Origin: Octopus vulgaris
Taxonomy: Eukaryota
Assembly (NCBI GenBank): GCA_951406725.2
Contig: OX597817.1
Span: 119,536,001 to 119,600,000, forward strand
DNA: 64,000 nucleotides
Reading direction: 5' to 3'
The notes beneath the pieces are model-generated. The model was not told where the DNA came from, did not search any database, and was given only the letters and a program-made list of their open reading frames with translations. Positions 29,602 through 42,261 of the stretch are shown in pieces. The translations under genes and the position numbers were made by a program. Position 1 is the stretch's first letter; each line of letters opens with the position of its first letter.

Positions 29602-29690
29602 TGCACACATATACATACATATAAACACACAAGTATATTTATACACTCACACATACATCACATGTGTATGCATGTATGTATGTATGTAAA
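29212..29690. repeat. Higher-order minisatellite (ABAB) embedded in (GTAT)n/(TA)n
   Basis: Four copies of cacacaagtatatttatacactcacacatacatcaca, with alternating upstream variants. Confidence 0.9.
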
Positions 29691-29781
29691 CACACATCCC
29701 CCATTAGCTCTATTAAATCATTTAGAATTATCGAAAGTTCTTAACACTGTTACAAATACACACACATACACACGCATGCAT

Positions 29782-29824
<43 letters not shown>

Positions 29825-30721
29825 TACACACTCACTCACACTCACTTAGTTTGTAACTCACTATGACCCTGCAAAATCATTATAGCAGCCCTCTTCACTA
29901 CCCTTTATGTATCACTTGCCCTTTCTCCTATTCACTGTACCATGTAATGTTGAAAGATATCATGTTTCCCTATTCAATTGCCCTGTCATCCTTTATCACT
30001 CTACTTATCTTCCATCAAAACAATGCTATAATGAGGGATGGTACTGGATTTGTCCTTATTTAGCATCTACCTTCTATTATTATTCTCCCCCCCCTCCCTA
30101 TCATCACTCTCCTCTCTGTGATTCTTCATTGGCATCAATCACTCACTTTCTTAAGACCAACCATCTCTATTGTTATCCTATCATGCTTGCTCATACTATT
30201 TTATTTTTATTCAGTTTCCTTAACAACAGCCAACAAGTAGTTATCAACGTCTATTTTACTCTTTCTCTCTCTCTCTCTTTCTCCCTCTCACTCTCTTTTC
30301 TTCCCCCACCACCACCACCTCTCATGACTCTCATAGTCTCTCTTCTTGTCCATCACTCTGTTGTTCATCCCTTCCCCTCTTCCTCATCCTCTTAGTCATG
30401 CTCCACTTGAAAGACTGAGAACAACATAGGGTAGAGAGGACTCTGAAGGACATGACAGCATCTCAGTGCATCTGCAGTATGTTGTATATTATGGCTGGTG
30501 TTAAGAAAGCCATCCTTCTATAGAAGCCATGCCATATATTGAACTTACAAGCACAACAGGATTCTTCAAACTGTCTATGATAACAATAACTCTAAATAAT
30601 AACTGATTCAAACAATGAAGATTCAACTAACCTATTGTAAAATAATAATGATGACATTTAGAGAGAAATTTAGAGACACATATACAAAGATATACAAAGT
30701 TTCATTTAAGCATATAAACAT

Positions 30722-31115
30722 TCATCATCGTTTAACATCCATTTTCCATGCTGGCATGGACTGGATGGTTTGACTGAGGTCTGGAGAGCCAGTGACTACA
30801 CCAGGCTCCAATCTGATCTGGCAATGTTTCTACAGCTGGATGCCCTTCCTAATGCCAACCACTCCGAGAGTGTAGTGGGTGCTTTTTACATGCCACCAGC
30901 ACAGGCGCCAGTCAAGCAGGCCTGGCATCGATCATGCTCAGATAATGCTTTTTACATGCTACCAGCAGGGGAGCCAGTAAAGGGTACTGGCATCGGCGAC
31001 ATTTTGATGGTGCATTTTAAGTGCCACCAGCATGGGATTCAGTCAGGGAGTACTGGCATCAGCCACATTCAGGATGGTACATTTTACATGCCACCAGCAT
31101 GGGAGCCAGTGGGGG
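30722..31115 (-). mobile_element. (ATG)n-tailed retroposon (family C) with internal ~65-bp tandem units
   Basis: catcatcgtttaacatccattttccatgctggcatgg...ctggatgcccttcctaatgccaaccactcc, then four units of ggtgctttttacatgccaccagca. Confidence 0.8.
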
Positions 31116-31158
31116 GACACTTGGATTGACCACATTCAGATGATACATTAGTAGAATA

Positions 31159-31410
31159 CACTTGCCCAGATTCAGTGGGACTGAACCTGGAACCATGTGG
31201 TTGGGAAGCAAGCTTTCTACCACACAAACACACCTGTGCCTATACAACAGGCTTCTTTCAGTTTCCATCTATCAAATCACCAAATCCACTCACAGGGCTT
31301 TGGTCAGCCTGAGGCTACAACAGAAGACACTGGCCCGAGGTGCTATGCAGAGGGACTGAACTCGGAACCATGTGGTTGGGAAGCAAACTTTTTACCACAA
31401 AGCCACATGC
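31159..31410 (-). mobile_element. Two adjacent partial family A SINE heads
   Basis: gggactgaac...ggaaccatgtggttgggaagcaa occurs twice, at about 31177 and 31352. Confidence 0.75.
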
Positions 31411-33129
31411 AACAATTTGCAAACAGTTATCTAATATCAATATACTGTTTTCAAAAACTGTGATAAAAATGTAAATATATAGAACTATGTGTAACAATGT
31501 CACTATTTACATTTGTCAAAATTATAGAGAAGAGTAAAAGAGATGTGGAGTTATGAAGAGTGATAGGGAGGGATTGAATAAGGAAAGAAGAGATGCCATT
31601 CCATATAACTTGTGATGTGGTACATTGAGTAGCAGAAAGGGCGAGTGATAAATAAAGGGTATTGAGGAGGGCTGCTCTGATGATTTAACAGAGTCATAAT
31701 GAGTGACAAACCAATTGTGTATCTGTGTGTGTATGCATGAGTATGGGATTATGTGCGAAACATAGAGAGAGAGTGTAGCAGAGAGAGATATATCCTCATT
31801 TCCATCATTATCACCAACTAAACAACTGTTTTACCATTGCTCCACAAATAGTCATGCCCTTTTCAATACCATGTGCCACCTCCCGATCTACTTTTTTGTC
31901 ATCACTTACATTATGTAACTATATGAAATGTCATACTTGTAATATCAAGGAAAAAACACTTTCTATTATAGTCAGTAACAGTTCAAACTTATAAGAATTT
32001 CAAGTATGTTTACAGAACCAGACTAATTTCTAAATAAATATAAATTATTATACTTCTGAATTCTGCATCTCATTCAAGTATGCACAAGCAGTAAACAAGG
32101 TTGAAACAAGAGAAGTTTTAAATATTTTAAAGTAAGGAATAACATGGATTTTGTTAAAACAATTCATATTTAAATTGTAGCACTGTAAAATAATTCTTAA
32201 AAGTAGACAGGCTGCAAAATTCAGAAACAGAAAAAATATTTTCAGAGATGTTACTACTTTCTCAAGAGATGACTAGCTTAAGGCTATTATTGAATAAGAA
32301 TATTTAAAAAATAAAATAAACAAATATGAAGTAAATGAATAAAAAGAAATAATAATAAAAATTAAAACATTAAAAATGAGTGAAACTAGTTCTGTTAAAA
32401 GAGACAGTTTTGCTGATAGCTTATGCTGGAGGGATAAAACAACAGGGATAGCTTTCCATGAAATCTAACTCTCTCTCTTAACCTACTTAAACTAAGTAGA
32501 CTCCCATGAATTTGTTTTTCATTCAAATTGAAAATAAAATAAAAATAGTAAGTCAGAGATAATGTAATAAAGTTGTGTGTATGATATTTTTTCCTCTCAT
32601 ATGTTCTTTTAAAGTTTTACAAAAGAAAAACTGAAAATATTCCAAACTATATTTTATGATATTATTTGGAAAAATTTAACTTGTTTCTGTCCAACTTAGT
32701 CAAATATGTTTAGTTCTTTATATTTATGGTTTAGAGGCACTATCATCATCATCATCATCATCATCGTTTAACGTCCGCTTTCCATGCTAGCATGGGTTAT
32801 ATATAGTTATAGTATATTCTGTTAAGAATGTAGTAGTTTCCACCTTCAGATGTCACCCTGTGCTATCCAGTAGTAGTATTATATTATTATACACACTTCC
32901 AGGTTTGCATTTGGTCTTCTGTTGTGTGTGAATAGATAATTGAAAAAATTTGGAGTCAACAAGAAGGAGTACAGCTGGAGATTTATTTTTAATCATTACA
33001 ATTGTTTCTATGCAATGAAGTTCTCCACGCATGAAGGTACTTGATATTGAACCGTTTCCCTGCATTATGAGATCTAGTTGTGTTTCTTCAGATGATATGT
33101 AAGTATCGTCTCTGTAATGGAAATTGTAG

Positions 33130-33455
33130 CTGTGATACCAGTGCCGATGGCACGTGAGAGAACCATCCGAATGTGGCCGTTGCCACCGCCACCCCGACTG
33201 GCCTCCATGACGGTGGACGTAAAAAGCACCATCCGATCATGGCCGTTTGCCAGCCTCATCTGGCACCTGTGCAGGTGGCACGTAAAAAGCACCCACTACA
33301 CTCACGGAGTGGTTGGCGTTAGGAGGGGCATCCAGCCATAGAAACACTGCCAGATCAGACTGGGCCTGGCGCAGCCTTCTGGCTTCCCAAACCCCAGTTG
33401 AACCATCCAACCCATGCTAGCATGGAAAATGGACTTTAAACGATGATGATGATGA
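33130..33455 (+). mobile_element. Family C retroposon with (GAT)n tail
   Basis: cactacactcacggagtggttggcgttaggaggggcatccagcc...ccatgctagcatggaaaatggactttaaacgatgatgat, with three internal tandem units. Confidence 0.85.
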
Positions 33456-34129
33456 TAAGTTTAAGTTCTCGGCTTCAAAGGCTTTCTCTCTGTCTATCAT
33501 AACTTGGAATTAGGAGTAGTCACTGAGTTTGTGTGTGTGTTAAAAAAGTATATTGTGTAAAACATTGAGATTAATGAAATAAAAGAGGAGGAAAATTTTG
33601 GATTTAGTTTAACTCTGTTGCAGCAATGCATGCAACTATGAGATTCTCAAAAATGAATTATATTCGCTGAAGGTTCTTGATTTCATGTAAATACACAGGA
33701 TATGTTGCAATTCCTCTCATAAGAATGATCAGACAGATAACTGCAAAGCAATGCAAAATGTCATTGTTTATTAAAAATAAGAAGAGATGTGAAAAATATT
33801 ACAATTTTAATGATTTTCAAACTGCTAATGCAATTAAGAAGGTATCTATATTGCTGTTTTATATATTGCTTTTAATGTCTCATAAAGTTAATCATGAAGG
33901 ATGGATAGATGGGCTGGTGGAAGGTGAGATGGGGTAGGAAGGAGGGAAGTACTTTGTGAATAGATAAAATGGATTGCTGGGTGGTTGGGTGGCTGGAATA
34001 GAGGGAGAGATGAAAAATATAAAGATAGACTTGAAAAATAGAGAGAAATGGACAGACAAATAAATACATAGATGAATAGATGGAGGAATGGATCGATGGA
34101 TGATTGGGTTAATAAAAAGTTAGGTTGTT

Positions 34130-34460
34130 AAAAAGGAAGAGATAGACAACCAGACAGACAGATATACAGACAGACAGAGATATAAACAGACGAATAGATA
34201 GACAAGAAAACAGAGAGATATATTGATGGATGGATGGAGGGACGGACGGATGGACGGCCATATGGACAGACAGACAGACGAACAAATAGACAGACAGACA
34301 GACAGAACGACAGATGGACAGATAGATTTAGAGACAGACAGATAAACTAATAGACAAATAGTTGATAGGATGGATGGAAAAATAGAGAAGGAAAGGGAGA
34401 TAGAAAGATAGATAGATAAATACAGACAGACAGATAGATAGATAGAGAGAGAGATAGATG
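34130..34460. repeat. Degenerate (GACA/GATA/GATG)n tetranucleotide array
   Basis: Directly visible, purine-rich on the + strand. Confidence 0.85.
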
Positions 34461-35793
34461 GTAGATTGAAAGATGTATGTATAAAATGCAAGCTTGCTAA
34501 AGAGGGGTATTAAACAAATAATTAGGAAAAGTTTTCATGAAACTAAAATATATTTTAAAGTAACAATTTTTTGCCAACTTGATGTGGCAGTCTCACAAGA
34601 AGTAATCTAAGTGTGTCTGTACAAGAATAAGTGCATGTGTGTGAACTGCCAAGGACCATAACTTGTTTACTGTTGTTTAGCCCCAGAAAACATTGTCTTC
34701 AGCTGGCTATATGACACATAAACTGTGTCCTTATATTTTCAAACAGAGGAGTTTAGCACCCCCACCCAGGACAAAGCAGTATCTGTGGACCAAATGGTTT
34801 CAGGGTTATTTCTTTTCATTGGCACAGAATAACTCTTCAGCTGAGATGGTGCTGCTAAACATCCATTCGAAAATATATATAATTTTCCAAGTGACTCACA
34901 GTCACTGATCTAATAAAATAGAAACATAGTTGGTCTTAAATCAAGATATATTTTGAAGCAACATTATAGTAAAAGATGTATAAAACTTATTTCAAATACC
35001 TTTCCTTTAATACAATAGTACTTGCATTACCATTTATTTAGAATGCTAATGCCATTAAAATTATCATTATATTCCTTTCATTTCTTTAATAGAACTGGTA
35101 TTGATGAAATCACAGGCTATGATCAGATTGCATATTTCATGTATTAAGAAATATCAACATTGAGTTTCAGGGTATTGGGATGTTAAACAATCAAGATATA
35201 TTACAAAAACTTCAGCATCCTTTTTCTTTTTTTTTGCTGAAGTTACTGCAATACATTGAAAATCACTATGCTAACAAAACTTTTTGTTTGATTTGTTACG
35301 TTATTTTTAGTGGAAAATATTCGGAAATGTTTTTCTCATGAAACTGATAATTCATCTCAATCTAATCTCACACTAAATGCTGCAGTCATTCATTTTTAAA
35401 GAAATGATCGAATGATCCATTGATAAAGATATGCATTGAGCAGTACAGTATCAAAAGCTGACATTTGCAGTTCGGAATGGCACACAAGAAAAGATATGTG
35501 CTGCTAAGGGATTTGTAAACTGAGATACAGACAGAATGTGCTGTAATCTAAATGAAGCTGGTTGTTTGTTCCACCACATGAAAATAATACTGCTATGAAA
35601 ATTATGTTACTTAGAAACTTTTGTATTCAGTTCTCACTGTCAACTACACAGATGTAATCTATATGCTAAGTGTGAATCAAGGTTAAAGAGTCTGATAATA
35701 AGCAACAAAATGTATAGTTTAACTCTGGTATTTAGTAAGATATTACAAAAATAGTAAACATAAAACTTTATCAAACTTTCTCCTTCAAAAGCT

Positions 35794-36176
35794 TAGGTGT
35801 GGTTGTGAGGTAAAAAGCTTCCTTCCCAACCACATGATTCTAGGTTCAGTCCCACTGTGTGGCACCTTGGGCAAGGTCTTCTACTGTAGCTTCAGGCCAA
35901 CCAAAACCTTGTGAGTGGATTTGGTAGACAGAAACTGAAAGAAGCCCATTATGTATATGTATGTGTGTTTTTATGTCTATGTCTGTCCCCCACCACCACT
36001 TGACAACCAGTGTTGGTGTGTTTATGTCCCCATAACTTAACGGTTCAGCAAAAGAGATAAACAGAATAAGTAACAAGTTTAAAAACAAAAGTATAGGAGT
36101 TGATTCATTCAACCAAAGATGCTTCAAGACAATGCCCCAGCATGCCACAGTCTAATGACAGATACAAGTAAAAGAT
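35794..36176 (+). mobile_element. tRNA-derived SINE (family A)
   Basis: Colinear with 10900-11270. Confidence 0.88.
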
Positions 36177-36703
36177 AATAGGAAAATGATAACTACTGCC
36201 ATTGTTTTACAACCTAATTTTTCATGATGGCAGGGTTAAACAGTTTTGAAGGTACAACTTCTCATCATTTGTCAATAATCTTCAATGTTTTGCCATAAGA
36301 TTTCGCTACCTAAAAGATAATTTCAAATAAATGTACACAATAAGCTGGTGTTAAATTCTGGAGAGTTTGGTTATTTGGTACTATTTAATTTATGAGTGAT
36401 CTGTTGTCTAGCAAAGTTTGGCTCATGCTGGCAATGAACATAGAAAGTACAATAAACCATAATACAACTGAGTAATATTTTCAATAATGTAACTTGGTTC
36501 TTCTATATATACATATTATGTTTTAAGTGCTGCTTAAGACTAATATGAGAATGTACACGACCTGTGCAAATAAATTCAAGAAGTAATCTAAGTGTGTCTG
36601 TACAAGAATAAGTTCATGTATGTGTATTTGTGTGTAAACTGCAAGCACCATAACTTGCTTGCTGACTCAATCAAGCTAAAGTTATTATTATTGGTACGCT
36701 TAA

Positions 36704-36920
36704 GGCGGCGAGCTAGCAGAAACGTTAGAATGCCAGGCAAAGTGCTTAGTGGTTTTTCATCTGTCTTTATGCTCTGAGTTCAAATTCCACTGAGGTCAAA
36801 TTTGCCTTTCATCCTTTCAGGGTCGATAAATTAAGAACCAGTTGCGTTTTGGAGTCGATCTAATCGACAGCCCCCACTCCCCCGAAAATTCTGGGCTTGT
36901 GCCTAGAGTAGAAAAGATTA
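36704..36920 (+). mobile_element. tRNA-derived SINE (family B)
   Basis: ggcggcgagctagcagaaacgttag...ctgagttcaaattcc (box B)...tttgcctttcatcctttcagggtcgataaattaag. Flanked by ttattattggta on both sides (about 36685-36696 and 36918-36929), a likely TSD or tail. Confidence 0.85.
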
Positions 36921-37299
36921 TTATTGGTATATTTATGAAACTAATCTAAGCAAAGAAAGTGCATGGTTTTGAGTTGTCCACTAATTTGTAGTAACAACTA
37001 AAAAGAAAAAATCCTATAAACATGAAGAAAGCTACTACGGGAAGGTTGTATGTAAGTTCATAGTCTTAGAACAAAGTCCTCAAGTGTAATAGCTAGGTAA
37101 GAATTACCCATCAGGTAACTCAACAAAATAACAAAAGCGGAAGAGAACGAGTGTTTAGGCACAGTTTGTAAACATATTTGTGTGTATGTGTGTGTGTGTG
37201 TGTGTGGGAGGGAGAGAGAGAGCATATATAATAATACAATTTAAAGAAAGCACATATCTGTCAACAACATACACATATTCATGATTATATATATTTTTC

Positions 37300-37752
37300 G
37301 TTTTTGTATATGGTTTGCAAAAACTCTCTTTTACTCTTTATGTGAATTCGTGTATTGAAGCATATTTTGCTGTGTCTAATGCTTGATTGCTGTTTTAATG
37401 CTTGATTGATTAACACACTCACCAGTTCAATTTCCACTCATTTACTTTTTTTTTCTCCCTCTAGTTTCAGCTCAGAGCTGCAGCCATGCTGATGCACCGC
37501 CCTTTTGCTACACTGTTATTATTGAGAGCCTCCTCTCAGAGTTTGATGTAGCTACCCTCATTTGCACCTCTTGCTGTGAGGTAGGTTCATCTGGGACTCT
37601 CGACATAACTTGTTACTTATTCATTTTTTTCTCAAATTTTTGTTACTTCTTACAACCTCTTAAATAGTTGTTGAAAAACTGAATAAGTAAATGAGTGGAA
37701 ATCAAACCAGTGTGTTTATTAATAAGGCATTAAAGCAGAATGACTCTCCCCA
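37300..37752. mobile_element. Palindromic non-autonomous DNA element containing a LINE insertion
   Basis: Arms ...aacacactcaccagttcaatttccactcatttactt (to 37447) and aagtaaatgagtggaaatcaaaccagtgtgtt (from 37685) are inverted complements. Confidence 0.6.
37460..37600 (-). mobile_element. Short 3' fragment of the same CR1/L2-group LINE as 2495-2917
   Basis: Reverse complement reads cccagatgaacctacctcacagcaagaggtgcaaatgagggtagc...ggcggtgcatcagcatggctgcagctctgagctgaaactaga. Confidence 0.85.
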
Positions 37753-37778
37753 CTTCCTTGGATCTTTCCTTTTCCTAT

Positions 37779-37813
37779 GTTTCTGACAAAGAGTTCTGCT
37801 CGAAATGTTAAAC
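37779..37813 (+). ncRNA. Degenerate minimal type I hammerhead ribozyme relic in a probable PLE terminal-repeat fragment (37755-37915)
   Basis: gttt-CTGAcAa-gag ttctg ctc-GAAA-tg-TT-aaac: stems I and II pair, but the core has G8>A and stem III has a CpG-type decay. The fragment ends in (TA)n. Confidence 0.5.
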
Positions 37814-37979
37814 CCTCCTTCTTTCCTTAGCGTCCAATAATACTATATTTGTTCCACGTCCTCACGTTGTTGTGTTTTCTCTTTGTGTTTTCATGTTTGG
37901 ATTAACTATATATATATCATCACCATCACCATCATCATTTAACGTCCATGTTCCATGATAGCATGGGTGGGATGGTACC

Positions 37980-38069
<90 letters not shown>

Positions 38070-38847
38070 GTAGATAGATAGATAGATATACAAAAGCACA
38101 CACACACACACATACATAAATGTTTGTGTGCCCTTAGGTACATGTGTGCGTGCATGTGTGTGTGTGTGTAAATAAATATATATATCAATGTTTGCTGTCT
38201 ATCACAACTTTGGTGTAATTACATTATTTTTCACTTTGTGGTTGTTTCCTTCCCCTTTTTCTCTAACTTACACTCTCTTCGACTTCCTCTTTCACTCCCT
38301 TTCTCTTTTACATAATAAATATTTGTATGCATACTTAATCACAAATATTTAGAAATAGGAAATAAGAAAATAAATAATCAAAATGATGTAAAATTATTTT
38401 GGCAATGATTAAATTAATGATACTTATGTTAAACTATTTCTTTTTCCTTACAAAATCACTATTATCAGGTCAGTCCATTGTTTCATAAAAGATATATTTT
38501 ATACAGTAGAATGTGTTTTTAAATTTCCATTACTTTTAGATAACATCTATCACTCTGATAAATATCAGAGTGTTAACTGGAATCCCAAATCTATTCTGAT
38601 CATTTACAACAGGTGCAAATTTATTCTTGAAAAATGAAAGAAAAAAATTTCAAGCATATATTCTAAATATCACAAATGTTGTTCTCAACTATTTAATCTG
38701 AGAATGTATATATTCTAATGAGATAGAAATCACAGGCAAAGCTAAATAATGATGATGAAATCATACTGTATATCAGAAGTATCATAAAATCATTCAAGAG
38801 CTGGAAACTGAAAACTAAGGTATGAAAAGAAAAACAATATATATATA

Positions 38848-39015
38848 CACTACACTCACGGAGTGGTTGGCGTTAGGAAGGGCATCCAGCCGTAGAAACA
38901 CTGCCAGATTTGACTGGGCCTGATGAAGCCTTCTGGCTTCACAGACCCCAGCAGAACACGTCCAACCCATGCTAGCATGGAAAACGGACGCTAAATGATG
39001 ATGATGATGATGATG
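38848..39015 (+). mobile_element. 5'-truncated family C retroposon
   Basis: Near-identical to 33293-33455, with a (GAT)n tail, inserted in a TA tract. Confidence 0.85.
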
Positions 39016-39019
39016 ATAT

Positions 39020-39055
<36 letters not shown>

Positions 39056-39143
39056 ATGAAATCTATTTACTCAACATACATTGCTAATATTGAGCCCCTT
39101 CCTATACATAAGTTTGCTTCATAAATAATGGTAATACACACAT

Positions 39144-39213
<70 letters not shown>

Positions 39214-39239
39214 ATATACATATATATATATATATATTC

Positions 39240-39327
39240 ATCATTTTTGCTGAGTTATGAGGACATAAACAACCCAACACTAGTTGTGTTGTCAAGTGGT
39301 GGAAGGAAGAAAAAACAAAATGGCATG

Positions 39328-39372
<45 letters not shown>

Positions 39373-39518
39373 CATGTTTCCACAAATTCACTCACAAGGC
39401 ATTGGTCATCCTGCAGCCATAGTAGAAGACACTTGCCCAAGGTGCCACACGGTGGGATTGAACCCAAAACCATGTGATTACAAAGCAAGCTATTTAATCA
39501 CATAGTCATGCTTGCACC
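39240..39518 (-). mobile_element. Decayed family A SINE
   Basis: agtagaagacacttgcccaaggtgccacacggtgggattgaaccc is the reverse complement of the family A core. Confidence 0.8.
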
Positions 39519-40337
39519 AATATATGAGAATTCAGATGAATATGTTCATGAAGTTAGATGAAAATAAAAGCAAAATTTTCAATAAAATGGTCAACCATAC
39601 ACTGTGCATAAATATTTCCATGCTTGCACTAAGGAATAGCGAGTTTTTTCTCATGGAAAAATTGCAAAATATGGAAGAACAGAATTCCTAGAAAACATGG
39701 ATCAAGAATATAACTAAAAGCTTTCTTGGAATAAACAAAATTATGCATGAAATATATTGCTGGCATGACCAAAATAAATGTTTTCTTATTTTCTCACTTG
39801 ATGTCATTCAGTTTTTTTTTTAAATGGTTACACTCGCTGTTTATATGTTTTTGTTTCCAATCTGTTTTTTTCTATTTCTGCATTGACAGCCTCTGAGTTT
39901 CTTGTGTCAATTCTCATGCATTATTAATTGTGCTTGTCTCATTGATTAGTATTTCTTGGATTATATTTTTTGCCAAATTTTTATCCAGCATTCATCATAT
40001 GTAGAGGCAAGTGAAATATCAAGAAGAAAGATGTAAGAATTCAGCAATTCAGTCAGAAAGCCAGTTTCAATTTCTTACTTGTATCACCTTCTCTTAGTCC
40101 ACTATGCTCTTGGGAAACACATTCTCACTGTAAATGTCACTTCAGCTTCCCTATAATATCTTAGATTTCATGTACCAACCTTGTGTACCCTGTCAGACAC
40201 TTTCATATATTTCATATATGAATAGAACTCTGTGTATGTTTGTATAACCTTATCTATATATGGATTCACTATACACACACTTTTCTAATAAGTGACATTC
40301 TAAACTTATGAGATTAATAGATATGTACATGTATATA

Positions 40338-40634
40338 TTTGTTCCTTCTGAAGCCATGCCTGGCTCAAAAGGGCCGGTTTCCCAGTTTCCTTGGCGTATA
40401 GGTTCCCCACCTGAACGGGACGCCGGTCCATCACAGGTGAGCTGCAAGATGCAGGAGGAAAGAGTGAGAGAAAGTTGTGGTGAAAGAATCAGCAGAAGTT
40501 CACCATTACCTACTGTCAGAGCCATGTGGAGCTTAGGTGTTTCGCTCATAAACACAAACATCGCCCCAGTCTGAAATTCGAACCCACGATCCCTCGACCG
40601 TGAGTCTGCTGCTCTAACCACTAGGCCATGTGCC

Positions 40635-40636
<2 letters not shown>
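40338..40636 (-). mobile_element. tRNA-derived SINE (family D)
   Basis: Reverse complement head ggcacatggcctagtggttagagcagcagactcacggtcgagggatcgtgggttcgaatttc has boxes A and B. Body contains gatggaccggcgtcccgttcagg. Confidence 0.8.
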
Positions 40637-40700
<64 letters not shown>

Positions 40701-40879
40701 AATAATAAATATTAGGGAATAAATCCAAATTTACAGGGAAAAAATCAGATTTAGGATTAAATCCAATTTTATAGTAAAATATTATAAAATATTATTAGAG
40801 ACAAAACCACTATTTTGCAAAACAAACAAGGAAAGACTTAATCAATACATAAAATTTTAATAAATAGTCAAAAAAACCG

Positions 40880-40922
40880 CCACTACAATTGTTTGTTGTC
40901 TTGATCGACAATCTTCAGGTGG
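40880..40922 (-). ncRNA. Hammerhead ribozyme copy with GAAA>CAAA (G12C) core mutation
   Basis: Reverse complement is identical to 42219-42261 except at position 40895. Confidence 0.85.
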
Positions 40923-41995
40923 ACTTCCACCCTTATCTTAAGATTTTCTAATTGGAGTTCAGATAAAAGAAAAATACCTACTAAATCAGTAGCCTGTGCA
41001 GAATCTGGTGCTCCCATAGGTATATCAAAACAATCTCTAGTATCATTCCTAGCCCATAATTTATTTTTATATTTAATTAGCGATTTCCTAGCCATTTTAA
41101 TTACATTAACTTCTTCCCGTGACATACCCACTTTATTCATTGCGAAAATAAGCGCTTTATTAAACACAATTTCATTAATAGAAGAATAATAATTATCTAT
41201 ATCTATTTGAATAAATTTATAACGATTTTTATCTTTAATATTATTAAACCATTTCAATGTATTATTATTACTAAACCATAATTTTAAATAATTAAGTTTA
41301 TTTAACTTATCAATATATTTATCTAAAATAAATTTACTTAATTTACCTAGGTCCGATTTACATGGGCAAATTAATCTAACTTTAGGGTCTGAATAAAAAT
41401 TATCTTTATGGTCTTTAAGAGTAATTCTGGGGTGCAAAGGTACATAAGGTTCAGTTTTATTATCCAACTCATATTTTAACATTACTACTTTAGAGGCCTT
41501 ATTAATATTATAAAGAATATCATCTGGAACAATTTTATATTTTTTAATTATTTCTTTTCCTAATAGTTTATCATATAATTTAACATCTAATTTATATAGG
41601 TTCCTTGTTTTATCAGATTGTACTATAATACCATCCATATTTCTCATATCTTTAATTTTAATTGCTAAATTCCTTAAATATACATTATTTCTATTTGGGT
41701 ATTTATGGAATTCAATATTTTTTACCACCTTCCATATACTATCTTCAAGTAATTGAAATTCTTTATTAAATGGAGGTTCCTTTCTAGATTTAAATTTAGA
41801 GGTAAAATTATCATTCCTACTATCAATATCATTAAATAAATAAAAATTATAGTAAAAAGCTTTCCATTTAATTCTAGAAATAAAATCTTTAACATTATTA
41901 ACAAGTTTCAAGATAAATTCCTTTCTAGAAGGAATAGGAATATCTTTCAAAGATGAATCCCAAAACAGCGGTTCTATCTTACCTGTAAAATCCAT
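40883..41995 (-). pseudogene. PLE reverse transcriptase ORF, N-terminal ~356 aa, truncated before YxDD; no GIY-YIG domain
   Basis: Motifs SDKTRNLY, ITLKDHKDNF..PKVRLICP, FIQIDIDNYYSSI (RT motif A) and FDIPMGAPDSAQATDLVGIFLL (motif B). The last ~14 residues are read from the terminal repeat. Confidence 0.88.
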
Positions 41996-42218
41996 AATTT
42001 ACGAAATTGAGGTATTACACTCAATATACAAAATTATCAATATTATATAAATAATAAATATTAGGGAATAAATCCAATATATTGTTTATATATTGATTAT
42101 ATATGGATTATATATAGGTTATATATGGATTATATATTTATATTTTTTCATTCATACTTTAATTATTTTAAAATTATTATTTTTATATTTTAAAATATTG
42201 ATATTTTAGATTGGAAGT

Positions 42219-42261
42219 CCACCTGAAGATTGTCGATCAAGACAAGAAACAATTGTAGTGG
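42219..42261 (+). ncRNA. Minimal type I hammerhead ribozyme (intact core)
   Basis: ccac-CTGAAGA-ttgtc gatcaa gacaa-GAAA-c aatt g-TA-gtgg: stem I ccac/gtgg, stem II ttgtc/gacaa, short stem III with palindromic caattg, GUA cleavage triplet (cut predicted after 42257). Confidence 0.9.

Noticed and set aside
30875-31115. Regularly spaced repeats resembling a CRISPR array
   Set aside because: Eukaryotic context, whole units including the apparent spacers are homologous, no cas genes, and the array is internal to a retroposon.
38915-38950. ctgatga followed by hairpin agcc-ttct-ggct, hammerhead-like
   Set aside because: No GAAA after the hairpin, and the homologous copy at about 33365 lacks CTGATGA.
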